From the NCBI RefSeq assembly GCF_009914755.1, contig NC_060939.1: a DNA stretch of 64,000 nucleotides; one strand, given 5' to 3'. Position numbers and translations under genes: made by a program. Source of the DNA: the human T2T-CHM13v2.0 reference genome, Homo sapiens. Shown in pieces: positions 41,175 to 54,143 of the stretch. How positions within the stretch are numbered: position 1 is the stretch's first letter; each line of letters opens with the position of its first letter. The notes under the pieces are model-generated. The model saw only the letters and a program-made list of their open reading frames with translations, was not told the DNA's origin and did no database searches.

Positions 41175-42187
41175 CAGGAGAAGCTGCCAGGGCAGGAGAG
41201 GCTGCTGGAAGAGGTGGAGAAGCTGTTAGAACAGGAGAGGCGGCAGGAGGAGCAGGAGAGGCTGCTGGAGAGGGAGAGGCTGCTGGAAGAGGTGGAGAAG
41301 CTGTTAGAACAGGAGAGGCGGCAGGAGGAGCAGGAGAGGCTGCTGGAGAGGGGGAGAGGGAGAGGCTGCTGGACGAGGTGGAGGAGCTCCTGGACGAGGT
41401 GGAGGAGCTCCTGGAGCAGGAGAGGCTTCGGCAACAGGATGAGAGGCTGTGGCAGCAGGAGACTCTGCAGGAGCTGGAGAGGCTGCGGGAGCTGGAGAGG
41501 ATGCTGGAGCTGGGGTGGGAAGCCCTGTACGAGCAGCGGGCCGAGCCACGCAGCGGCTTCGAGGAGCTGGTGCGTTGCCCCACCTGGGGAGGCTGCCCTC
41601 TTCCCTAGCCCTCAAGGCCTTTGTTTCCCCACCTGTAAAATGGGGCATTGTAGCCTTCACATGAAATGGTACTTCTAAAGGCATCTGTGAGCCAGAGCCC
41701 TGCTCTGATGGCTGTGGGAGAGAGGGGATATTTTTCTAACCTGCCTCCACCCTTCCCGGTGCCATGGGAGGCAGACACTAAGTTCTGGGGTCTCCAGTTT
41801 TAGTGGGTGGCCACTGATTGCTTCTCTCTGTCCAGAACAACGAGAACAAGAGCACACTGCAGTTGGAGCAGCAAGTAAAGGAGCTGAAGAAGTCGGGTGA
41901 GCTGAAAGAGACTGTAACCTCCGACCCATCCAAGAAGATGTGGGAGGCGGGCACCAGCCTCTGGGGAGGGGAGGTACCAGGCCACAGGCAGCTGCAGCCT
42001 GGGGACAGGTGACCCCAGCACCCTCCGGGGCAGTCCTATGACTGTTTCTTGCTTCCTGCCCTCTGACTTTTAGAGGTGGGTAGCCCTGGGGTCCTCCCAG
42101 GTCTGGACATCATCATCCCAGCTAGAGGCATGGAGCCCCCCAATCACAGAGCAGAGGAAGAGACAGTGGTATAAGAGGCTCCTTATG

Positions 42188-42505
<318 letters not shown>

Positions 42506-43376
42506 ACTCCTTAGATTCAAACTGGATTCCGGCCTCGGTTCCACTGGTCATAATTCAACTACTTTGCATCTCTAAGTCTCTGTTTCTTTAACTTCAAAAG
42601 GAAGTTAGCCTTTTCCTTGCAGAGGTGCTGAGGATTAAATGAGATAATACGTGGAAACATTAGGCATGTAGCACACTTAGCAGATGGTGGTTGGCTCCGC
42701 CTGCTTTTCCACCAGTCTGTGGCCTACAGTTTAAATGCTGGGAAAAAGGACGTGAGATTTGATGCTAGGGAAGGAGGCATGGGGTTCTAGGCAAGGGAGA
42801 CAGTCTCTTAGGCCTGGAGCAAGGGGCCAGGGGCCTGGGCAGGCCACAGAGCCCCACAGTGCCCTCGCTACCCTATTAATGGGCCAGGAATCTGGAAGCC
42901 AGCCACCACATGTCCTCATGAGGTGGAGCTGAAGAGCCAAGAGGCTCCGAGTCTGCAGCAGCAGCCAGACCAGTAGCTGGAGCCCCAGTCCCACAAGGAG
43001 CTTGGATGTGCGGACAAGCAGGGTGGTGAGTAGAGCCCTCAGGCGGGGTGGGCAGGCAGGAGCAGGGGAGGCTCGCACTGTGCCCAGATTCCCACCCCCT
43101 CCCTCTCTCTGAAGATCTTAGTGAGCTGAGCCTCACTGATAGCATGGAGGCTGCACCGGGACAGGACAGGGAGGGTTCTCCCCCATGACAACCCCACTGC
43201 ACAGCAGATCCAGCAGCTGCTTCCTCTAATGCAGGACTCCCCAGGAGCACCCAGGCTTGGGTGGAGAAGCTGTTGGTACAGGAGAGGCGGCAGGAGGAGC
43301 AGGAGAGGCTGCATGCCATTCTTTTCGGGCTGCCGAGAACAGGGAGCTAAACATCACCATCATCTAAGAGCGGGTC

Positions 43377-46300
43377 AAGGAATTAAAAAAAAACAACAAA
43401 ACGTTTAAGGGGTTAATATCCTACACAATTCATTTACTTCATTTGAATGTTAGAGCCACTTATGTTTATTTGTGTTTCTAATTTATAGTTTAAATTTATT
43501 TGTGTTTCTAATTTATAGTTTAAATTTATTTGTTTCTAATTTATAGTTTAAATTTATTTGTGTTTCTAATTTATAGTTTAAATTTATTTGTGTTTCTAAT
43601 TTATAGTTTAAATTTATTTGTAAAAAGTCAAATGACAGTGGGTCTTTCTCTCATGTTCACTCTGGCATCTTTTAGCATTTTTTTAATTTGATAATTATAG
43701 GACGTTAGCATGCATATCGAGTTTGCCCTTATGTGGTGGGAGTTCAAACACACAAAGACCCACTGTATGCACACAACTGTTCTTGCTGGTTTGGGATAGG
43801 CTGCCATGCTTTTTGAATGTTAGTACAGCATGTATATTCATTACGGAATTCAGATAAAATTTCCTTATGTTCTGCTATTATGTTTGATCGAATCCTAATC
43901 ACAGTGAGCTCTTCATTAGCTCAATATGCGGTTTGCCCTCAAGTGCGCGGTCTATTACTTTGTAATATGCCACTGTGAGTACTGACATTTACAGTTGTTT
44001 AAAGGTGGAGCACTGGAAACAGCCTTTCCCCCTTTTTCTGTGTATTGGGGATGGGAGTAATAACATTTTGGGGAGGTTTTTAAATCTCCCAGAAGAGGAA
44101 AGTGGCCTGCTCTGGCAGGTGTGTGCAGGATAGAATATGTTTCATTTGTTCCGGTGCCAAGAATGAGCGCTGTACTATGGTAGTTCCCTTAGGATTTGTA
44201 TGTGCTCTGGGCTCATGAAGATACTGCCTCATGAGCTGTGGCAGTTGTACTCTTTTTTGATGACCTGAAAAGGGATTATTTCTGAGGAATGAAAGGCTCC
44301 CATCATGACTGTGGATGTGGAAAACCTTTTCTAGCTGAGAGCATTTATATCTACAATACATTTTAAAGTCAGAGTTCATGTTCCCTGTTTTAATCACATG
44401 ACTACATGTCCCAGTACACAAAAGGGCACTGGTTGGCATTCTCCTTAATGTGTTTAGTAAAGATCAGAAGAAATCCTTTAAGAGTTTAAATGCCCCTGGA
44501 ACAGGCATATACAGGCTCTAGTCAAGAATGAATTCGAGTGAAGGAAAGCTGTGGGACACCTGGCATTCCTCTATGTTCATGGAGCTTATTTGAGGCTAGA
44601 AGATGGATTTTACCATCTAGACCTCTCTGGCTAATAGCTAGTCTTCAACCATCTGACATAGGAATTTACTTCTTTTCCTTGAATGGAGAACACTTTAAAA
44701 ATAATAACAATTATTATAAACTAATATATGTGAGAGTACTTAGTTGAAACAAAAAGGAATTTTAGTAGACAGTATTATACTACATTTGAAAATCAAGGAG
44801 CAGTTTATGCAACTTAAAATGTTTACAAACGGCAGCGCAATCTACTGTTTGTGACTGTCAAAGTGTCATGAGGAAAGTGTCTATACAATCACAGACTTAT
44901 ATTTCCTCACAAAATTCTTTACGTAGAGTGAAATATGTTTTTATACCTCTCAGTTTCAGTTAGAGGCATATTTTGTGTAATATTTATGGCTTAAAATGGA
45001 CTAAAGGTCCTGTTCTTGCCTTTTCTGAACTTGCCGCTTTTGCATTCTTTGAGTTCAGTTTAAAGACACTTACTTTAACTCCATTTTAAACCCTCGGGCT
45101 AGAAATCGTACCACTGTTAATTAGCCACATTATTTGGTCTAACAGTTTATCATTCTGAAACTGAGCTTATCTAATACATTGATAAATTATTTCAAAGGTA
45201 TTTTTATAGTTCAAATCGCTTCACTTTTACCCTGACACGTATAAATGACTAGGAATGACCTTCAGATAGCGTTTAGCAACTGTAACCAATCTGACAATAA
45301 TGTGTTCATCAGGTACCTGTGGATTAAATCACATACTGGCATATTTAAGCTGAATGTCAGTCTGAAAAATAAATGTACTATATTAACTCAAATACCACTC
45401 TCTGTGTAGGTATTTTGTCATATGTTTAAGAAAAAGCTAAAGAGAATGGAAATCCTATGACAATAACTCAAGTCTTTCTTCAAAGTGCATGCAGTCTCTT
45501 GCAGTACCTCATTCAGCCAAGTATTTGTTCTCTTCCTCATTCAGTATAAGGCAGCCTTTAATTTGCTTAGAAGGCAATATTAGAAGGTTAGAGTTCAGCA
45601 GAAAGATAGAATTTTAAAATGTGAGTTCGACTGAATAAATTTGAATTTCTGTAGGAAGTAAAGAATGAAAATACCTATTTAAAGACTGCAATATATGATA
45701 ATTATTTTTAAAGTAATAGATTAAACCTGATAGTTTTTCCTGAAATGAAAAACAATCAGTTCTAAAACCAAAGCTGATTTTTAGAAAATGTGAAAATGTA
45801 AATCAACCCTATCCAAAATAGATTCCCTAAAACTTTATCTTACAGTCACTTTCAAATAACTATTCAAAAATGTAACTGTTATATTAACGTCTTAAAATAA
45901 TTTAAAACATTTTAAAATACGAATACTGTAGCTTAAAACAAAGAATCTAGGGGAAGGAAAAGTAGAGAAAGAAATGCCAATTCCAGTCCAAAGCTGTATT
46001 TGCCAAGTTTTCTTAGAACGACTTTTACCGATTTATGAATTCTTATACACAGAATGCATGATGGAAATACTGATTTTTGTCTAAAGTGGCATTATTGACT
46101 GCTTCTGTGATGCTACTGTAATGTAATAGATTATTAGATTATTTCAAGGTGCTGTTTTGCCTAAAAATTTTGTGTGTCTTGAAAACTATAGTATTAAAGG
46201 TATTGAGACTGTGCAAATGCTGGGCATGCTTGGCATGAGATAATCGGTTTTTATTCTTACAAAATTGTAACCATATAAGTGTGTTTATTAAAAGAACACA

Positions 46301-46494
46301 AACTAAAAAATTACAGGAATTAAAGTTGTGGGATGAAAAAGTTACGGGATAAAAAATACTGTGGAAAAGTTGTGGCAAAAAAAGATGTGGGAAAAAAGTA
46401 AAAAAAAAAAGTTTTATGAAAAGTTTTTTTAAAAAGTTCTGAAAAAGAAGTTACGGGATTTAAAAAAACATCATGGGATAAAAATAAAAATAAA
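43377..46494 (+). other. Retroposed AT-rich 3'UTR segment (ITSN2-UTR-derived chr15 core element) serving as the GOLGA6L 3'UTR
   Basis: Abrupt switch to AT-rich sequence after the stop; ATTAAA at 46287; decayed A-rich tail ~46305-46494; flanking degenerate direct repeats. ITSN2 origin is recalled from the chr15 core-duplicon literature, not verified here. Confidence 0.7.
43465..43621. repeat. 30-bp AT-rich minisatellite, ~5.3 copies of TTTATTTGTGTTTCTAATTTATAGTTTAAA
   Basis: Read directly; the third copy lacks 2 nt. Confidence 0.93.
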
Positions 46495-47135
46495 TAAAAG
46501 CAGGCCCCTGTCAGCATAAGCCTGGAGAAGTGGGTCTGGAGTCTTCACCCCCACCATGTCCCTACAACCCCTCCCCAGTCAGCCCTTTACCATTAGGGTA
46601 GCAAGACAAGACCCTTGTCTAATGGAGGGAGACAAACAGACCCTTTACCACCTTGACCAAGGCTGAGTCCTTACATTTCTGGATGATGATGTTATTTAAG
46701 AGCCAGAGGTTGGTGGAGTTGGTTTGTTTGGAGGAGGTCTGACGGCCTTCTTACTCTCACCAAAGCAACTTTTCCCTCAGGGGGGCTCCCATCTTCTTAC
46801 TCAGAGAGGCAGCTGAGGCGGGACAGTGGAGTTAACTGTAGACCAGGCCAGGGCACAGGCTGCTGGGGGTGGCCCCCCTTCCCCCGTGTACATACTGTAG
46901 CTGTGTAACATTCTGTATCGTACCTAGCGGAGGTTGCAGCTGGCATATGAGGAAGAGGTTCTTATAATTATTCACGGCTGGGAAACTTATTCATTGTTAG
47001 CATAGGAGCGATGATGGGGGTGGGGATGGCGTCATGGCTCCCTGGTGATGGGACCCCTTTTTTGTTTTGTTTTGTTTTTTTGTTTTTGTTTTGGTTCGCT
47101 TTTGATTTTGGAATAAATGGATTTAGCCATACTGC
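46495..47135 (+). pseudogene. Ancestral GOLGA2 3'UTR remnant
   Basis: CTGTCAGCATAAGCCTGGAGAAGTGGG..CCCTTTACC..TAGCAAG resembles the GOLGA2 3'UTR start; AATAAA at 47112. Confidence 0.65.
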
Positions 47136-47719
47136 TCGGCCTGGCATGTTCCTGTTTCCCTCACTGGGTCCTGCAGTTTTTCCCACTCAACGAGGAGCCC
47201 CAGAGTGTCTCAGCATGTCCAGCTGGGCTGTGGGGAATCTTCCAGGCCTGTTACCTGTATGCTGCCTGGTGACACCTGGTGGATTTCACGAGGACTGCCA
47301 TGGCGCCTATGGAGTATAGTCCGGCCCTGACAGCCAACAGGTTGAGAAGCCTGATCTAGCTGTGGTCAGGAAGACAGATACCAGTGCCCAAGGGCACTGA
47401 CTTCCACCCACCCCAGGTGTCTTCCATTCCATCCCCCTGCCTCCCTCTCCTGTCTGCACCGGGTGGCCTGTCTGTCCCTCCAGAGTGCCGGCTGCCCCAC
47501 AGGCTCCTTCCAGGCTGAGTTCAGGGCCCTGTGCCCTAGTGGCCAGAGCCGGCTTCATAGGATAAGAGCCAGCTAAGCTCCAGGGACTTTCCAGGAAAAG
47601 TGTCCCTTGAAAAGGGTGTGACCTTTTCACTGCTGCCAACAGCACCCTAAAAATGGCTTGGCCTCTTCCCTCCCCTGAGCTCCATAGAGAACACAGCCAG
47701 CAGAGGACACATTCTCTGT

Positions 47720-48007
47720 CATTCAGAAATGGGTTTCTCAGCCGAGGGACAGCAGGACTGGTAGAGACTGTCAGGCCACACAGCTGCCTGCACAGCACCG
47801 CCATGCTTGGCCAGAAGGGCGGGAGGGATGGCGGGGGCTGGCTGTCCACAGGCCGCGCATGTCCCGGAAGCTCACTGGAGGTGGTGCACTTTGGAGGGGC
47901 GATGTCAGGAGACAGCTTCCTCTTGCTGGGCTACAAGACTCCACAAGCACAGCACGGGGACTGGTTCCCAGTTCTAGAGGCGAGGCAGTCGACCACATGT
48001 ATATATG

Positions 48008-48040
<33 letters not shown>

Positions 48041-48358
48041 ATGTGTGTGTGTGTGTTTGTGTATGTGTATATATATGAGAATTTATAGCTATTTATAGAA
48101 CAGGGCAGGGGCATACTACAGAGGGGGCACAAGTTTCAGCAATGGTCACACCTGGACGTGTCAGCTCACCGCTACAACAGACTTAAGTCACAGAAGAAGG
48201 GGGCTGGCTTTGGGGCTGGGGGAGCCACTGTCAAGTCACAGGACACCCGCCCAGGCAGGCTTGGAAAGGGAGGTCTCTGAGAAGAGGAGGAATCTTTTTA
48301 GAGGTCGAAGTGGGGCCTGGGGCTCTCAGGACGGGATGGACTTGCCTGACCCGATCAG
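47720..48358 (-). pseudogene. DNM1P: DNM1 pseudogene terminal exon and 3'UTR (last-intron homology continues to 49481)
   Basis: CCAG|CTGATCGGGTCAGGCAAGTCCATCCCGTCCTGAGAGCCCCAGGCCCCACTTCGACCTCTAA reads *SGQASPSRPESPRPHFDL*, versus DNM1 RSGQASPSRPESPRPPFDL*; CGA>TGA nonsense change. Confidence 0.9.
48000..48076. repeat. (TA)n(TG)n compound microsatellite
   Basis: Read directly. Confidence 0.9.
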
Positions 48359-49971
48359 CTGGCAGTTGGAGAGAAAGCAGAGAGAAAACGGGTTAGAGAA
48401 AAGCCAGAGCTGGTTGAGGCAAGTGCAGAGTATGGATGCGCTGCAGCAGCTGTGGAGGGCCGGGGAGGGGAGGGCGTAGGTGTGGGCATGGCAAGGTTCC
48501 TGGAAAAGAGGGGCTGGAAGGGAAAGGGGAGGGAGATGGAGGGAGAAGCCGGAGCTTCATAGGTAGTGCCTGGGGGCTGCGGCGGCCCTCCCCACCCCAC
48601 ACACGCTGGCCTCTTTCATGGCACCCAGGCAATCCACCCATAGTTCAGATGAATGCTCAGCCCCCTCGGGCTTCTCTCTTCTCTGGTCACCCTGTCTTCC
48701 AACTCACGGCCCAGGGCCACCTCTTGCTTGGGGAGCCCCACCCAACAGCCACCAGGCCTGATAGAAAGGGAACACTGCTTGAACCAAAAATGGTGAAGCT
48801 ATAAGGGATGGATGACTGGAGTGAGTGCCAGAGGCCCCTCTGGGTGGTCCGAAATCCCAGGGTCCTCTGAAGGGACCCTGGGGAAGGCAGGGAGGGCAGG
48901 TAGCCGGATGCCACTGGCCATAGACTTATAAGTCTAAGAGGGGAGCCTCAACTGGTTGGCGGGGGTGGGGCTGCAGGTTGCATAGGTGAGGCTGGGCCCT
49001 TCCTGCTGGGAAAAGCAGAAGAGGGAGAGTCCATGGCAGGAGAGGCAGGTGGGCTCGCTAGGCGGAGCTCAGCTGGGCCAGCAGGCACTGTGGTCCCCTT
49101 GGCTGAATAGCACAGGCGACCCCTAGGAGCAACAGGCCAAGGTGTGTGAGCCTGCTGGTCGGCGATAGTGCTTCAGCGGGGGCCAGGGACCCTGCCTTCG
49201 GTCACACACTAGCAGCTATGGTGGTACCTGGGAGGGAGGGAAGGGGGCTGTGTGTCCCCGCCTGGCCTGTGGAGTGTGGAGTGTGTTGTGGGATGACCGT
49301 GTGCATGGGACTCTCACCTAGATACCACTGGATTGCCGACAGATAGATGAGGTGGGACCCTGACTATCAGCCCTGCTTTGCAGTGGATTTGGCTCTCAGC
49401 ACTCCCAGGCTGGGAGCTGGATACCTGCCCTGGCAGCATGACTCAGACTGCACGACAGGTACGGCATGCCCAGGATGATGTTCTTAGGGACTGGTTCAGT
49501 GTGTGGGTCAGGAGCAAGTCGACAGGCCCTGCTCCTTACCCCTTGGAAGGGACTGCCACCAGGGGCAGTTCTGACTAAGGCCTGGGAACCCATGACTCAG
49601 AGCGTGGGTCCCCAGGTCTTGCTGGGCCAGCCTGGCTGCTGCAGACAGACAGGAAGCACGCCTGACGCTCCTCCACCCTCGGTCAGCACAGCGGGGCTGG
49701 GACTCACGCTAGCCTTCCCAGCAACTTGCTTTCCTGCGTGAACTCTGGCAGGCTGCCCTCTCTGTGCAAAGCCATAGCTGGGGCCTGCTCGGGGCCCTCT
49801 CCCTCTTCCACCTGCTCAGGGTGGCCTGGAACTTGGAGGTGGGCAGTCGGCACCTAGGATGGGCCTGTGTCACTAGGGCATGTGTCCTTGGGCCAGTTAC
49901 TTCCTCTTAGAGCCTTGGGCTCCTCCTCTGAGAATGGGGCGTGTTGGTGTGAAATGAGGTGAGCATGTTGA

Positions 49972-50559
<588 letters not shown>

Positions 50560-53500
50560 TGAGAGGTGACCCCTGTAGGCTGCAGGGTGGCCCCTCTGAA
50601 CCTTAGTGTCCCCCACCTGTAGAAGGGGCGTAACACCTTCCAGGGGGAGGGCTGAGGAGGAAATTGTCAACGGCTGAGTCTAAGGCTCACAGCCAGAGGC
50701 CAGGGTCGGATCCAGGGCTGGGCCTGGGCCTGGGAGGACAGTGTCCGCCCCTTCTCCAGCCTCCCGCCCCTGGTCAGGCCAGGACCCTCTTCAAAGCACC
50801 TTTATGCCCATCTGTTCCCTGCTGTGGGCACTACTGTCTGGCTCCATGGGACTAGATTTTATGGGAGGGGAAGGGGCTGTGGGTAGGCAGGTGCCAAGGT
50901 GCTGGACCATAGATCAGCATGGTAGGAACCTGTTGCTTGGGCTGGTGGTGGGAAAGGGGCCACCCCCAAGGCAGTGGCAATTAGCCCAGCCCTATCTCTG
51001 GGCACAGAGATGAAGGGACACGTGGGGACACAGTAGGGCAAAATTGGCCAGCCTGCTCTTCCCCTCTCTGCCCGCTTTTTTGCAGAAGAGTCAACAGATA
51101 GAACAGACAGAGCCAGGGAGGTGCCCCTGGGGGCCCCAGTCCCCACCACTCCAGGGGGCAGTCCCTGCAAGTGACAAGGTGGGCTCAATCCCTGTGGAAC
51201 AGGTCTCTGAGGACCACAGAGAGGGGCCCCAGGGAAGGCTGGGAGCCTGAGCTGAAGGCAGGCAGCAAGTAAGGGCCAAGCTGTGCCCCTGCCCAGAAGA
51301 CCTTCCTGCCCCCAGAACCCCACCCTCTGCAGACAGGCCTCCCTGGGCAGCAGCCCCCCGGCTTCCGAGGCCTTCCGTGCCTCACCAGATGCCATGCTCT
51401 CAGGGACTCGTTTGCTACGCTGCCCCCTGCAGATCTGCCCCAGAGGAGCAGGTGAAAAGCCGCACCTGCCGAGGTGCTGCAGCGGTGGAGTTTTGGGCAG
51501 AGGGGTCGGGGGAAGAGTTTCTCACTTTTAAGATTCCCCAAATCCAAGATGAAGTCACACTGTGCTTTAGAATGGTAGATGCTCATTTATGTAAAATCAT
51601 AATAAATGTTACACAAACTGTTAGAATAAAAAAATACCTTTTTCGAGGGGGAGGAGCTCCCCAGCCTGCCGCTGGGTAGTGAGAGGGGGTTAGCACCATT
51701 AGGGCGTAGGGGTCGGGAGCTCCGCCACAGCCCGTGGTGGGCACTGAGGTCTGTCGGTCGGTCTGTGCATCCTGGCACTGTCAGTGGCGGGTGACCCGCT
51801 GATGGCCTCGGGAGGGGGCGCCGTGGCTGGGCGGAGAGCACGAGCGGCAGCACTGGGTGCGGACGGTGGGCAGCTGGCAGCGGCCCAGTAGGCGCAGTGT
51901 CTCACAGAACCCGAAGGACAGGCGGTCCCGCTCACAGCCTGGAGTGGGGGGTCAGAGAGGCATCAGAACCAGTGGTTTGGGGTACCCAGAACCTGGCTCC
52001 CCACCCCAACCACCTTAAGGAGGCTCCAGCAGCTCCCCACCAAGCAGAGAGCCCCGGTTTTTGGAGCGGCTCCCAAACCGGAGTTGCAGGTCTCCAACTG
52101 TTGGTGTCTCTGTCCCACCTACTCACGGCCGACCCCAGGACTCGAGAACGGGCGCTGCTGGGCTGAGGTTTCTGGAGGAAAGGTCCTGAGACCCCACCCT
52201 GACCCCCTCACATGACTGTTAAAGAGCCTGCCCAGGGCGACGCCCTGCCATCCCATCTCCATCCTTGCTCACCCCTGGTGTTCCCCGACAGATCCTGGCA
52301 CAGAACTGCGGTCCCGGGGCCTCCTGCCAACCTGCAGCGGCCTCTGCCCCCGACTCCCGCCACCGCCCCCTGCCCCAGTGCATCTGTCCTGCCAGACCTC
52401 CGTGACCACCTCCAGCCACAGGGGCTGTACACAGCCTCGGGTTCTGAGTCACAGGTCGCATCTCCCAGGCCAGCCTCCCACTTCCCAGGTGGGCCAGGAA
52501 GCCTAGAGAGAGTGGGCCCTACAGGCTGTCAGCGGAAACCAGGGACTAAGCCCAGGCCCAGTGGGGAGGGAGGCCGGCTGCAGGCTGTGCTTGTCAGGGC
52601 TGAGGCTTGGCTGGGCCCTCCTGCCCCGTGGTTATCAGAGCTATTTTGGGAAGTGGCTTGTTTCCAGCCTCCTGGCCTTGCTCCTGATGCCACTGCCACT
52701 GCTGACAGCCCCCACCTGCCCCCTGGGCCCTGCTTACTCCAGCAGACCTCCCTGGGGAGGAAGAGCGGGAGGACAGCAGCCAGCCCTGTGCCAGGGACAC
52801 CCCTCAGGCCCGGCAGAGGGCACGAGGCCGCAGGCAGGCTCCTCCACCCCAGCTCCAGGCAGAGCTCCAAAGTGCACATCTGCAGGCCTGCATCCTGGTC
52901 GCCCGGGGTGACCTCAGACAAGCTGCTTCACCTCTTGGGCCTCGGTTCCCTCCTCTGTCAACCCCACCTCCACAGCAAATGGATGTGGCCATGCTGTGTC
53001 ACTGCAGCGACTGCACACTCTGGAGTTTCCCGGCTTTCCCCCTGTCCCGCCAACTGTCCCACAGACCAGCAAAACATCCTGGGAATTCCAGGTCTCAAAG
53101 TCCAAGACACCTTCCCAGCTGCCCCTCCACTGTTCACTGGTGGCAGAAAACTCCTCACTTGGGACAGCTTCTAGTTCAGCCACCTAACCAGCCCCCATAG
53201 CCCACTCCCTGCAGCCCACTCATACCCGCCCCTGGGAGACCTTGCAAGCCCAGAGCCTCCTGGGCCATCCGTCCTTGGTTCTAGGCCCCCAGGGGCCTCA
53301 GTTCCTGTTCTCTGCCCCATCTGGTCCTCATCCCCTGGGATCATAACCACCCCACTCCCTGTGGCCAGCTCTAGCCATGAAGGCGAGAGATGTGATGCCA
53401 GCACCCAGCTCAGGCAGCACACAGGAGTGCTCTGAGATGCTGGCTGGGTGCGTGCTGAGGGCAGGCAGGACAGGGTGGGGGCACTGCCACTTGGCCTTGA

Positions 53501-54096
53501 GGTAATGGGGTTTGTGGCAGGAAGGCCACCCCTGCCAGAGGCAGGGTAGCAAGGCATGGCAGCGAGGCATGGCAGGGGCCACTCTGAGCCCAAATGAGGG
53601 CTGCCCAGGAGCCAGCGCAGGTAGAGAAGGCTGCATTGGACAAGGGGAGAAGGCAGACTGGGGAGATTGCAGGGGGCCCCGAATGCCAGCTTGAGGGCCG
53701 TGGCTGAGGACTCTGTCCTAGGGTCAGGGGGCAGACAGCCAATAGCACAGGGGCCGCAGCTCTTCAGGCCACAGCTCCTGGATTCCTTAGACTGGCAGGG
53801 TCAGCCCCAGGCCCTCTCCCTGACCTTGCAATTGGGGATGACAGTGGCTTTGGGGGAGGGGAAAAAGCCGCCTTCCCTGAGCACCACCTGGATCCCCACG
53901 CAGTGCTGTGCCCTTCATGCCCAGACCTCACTTATGCAAGGATGGGGCTTGGCAGCCCCTTTATTCAGCACATGAAGGCCCTGAGAGGGAAATGGAGCCC
54001 AAGGCCACACAGCTGGTGAGGGGAGCCCAGGTGACACTCCAGGGCCACCCCATTTCCTGCCCTCAGCACTGCTGAGAGCAGCTGGGGCTGCAGGAA

Positions 54097-54098
54097 GT

Positions 54099-54142
<44 letters not shown>
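54097..54142. repeat. (TG)n microsatellite
   Basis: Read directly. Confidence 0.93.

Positions 54143-54143
<1 letters not shown>

Noticed and set aside
40657-41583. 308-aa antisense ORF with (SPPVHVA)n repeats, and the 228-aa Ser-rich antisense ORF
   Set aside because: By-products of a 21-bp repeat that lacks stops on the reverse strand; no promoter or splice support.
43465-43621. 30-bp repeats superficially like a CRISPR array
   Set aside because: Units are head to tail with no spacers, the context is eukaryotic, and there are no cas genes.
52212-53174. 320-aa plus-strand ORF
   Set aside because: Lies in a GC-rich ADAMTS7P intron, is Pro/Gly/Ala-biased and has no recognisable domain.
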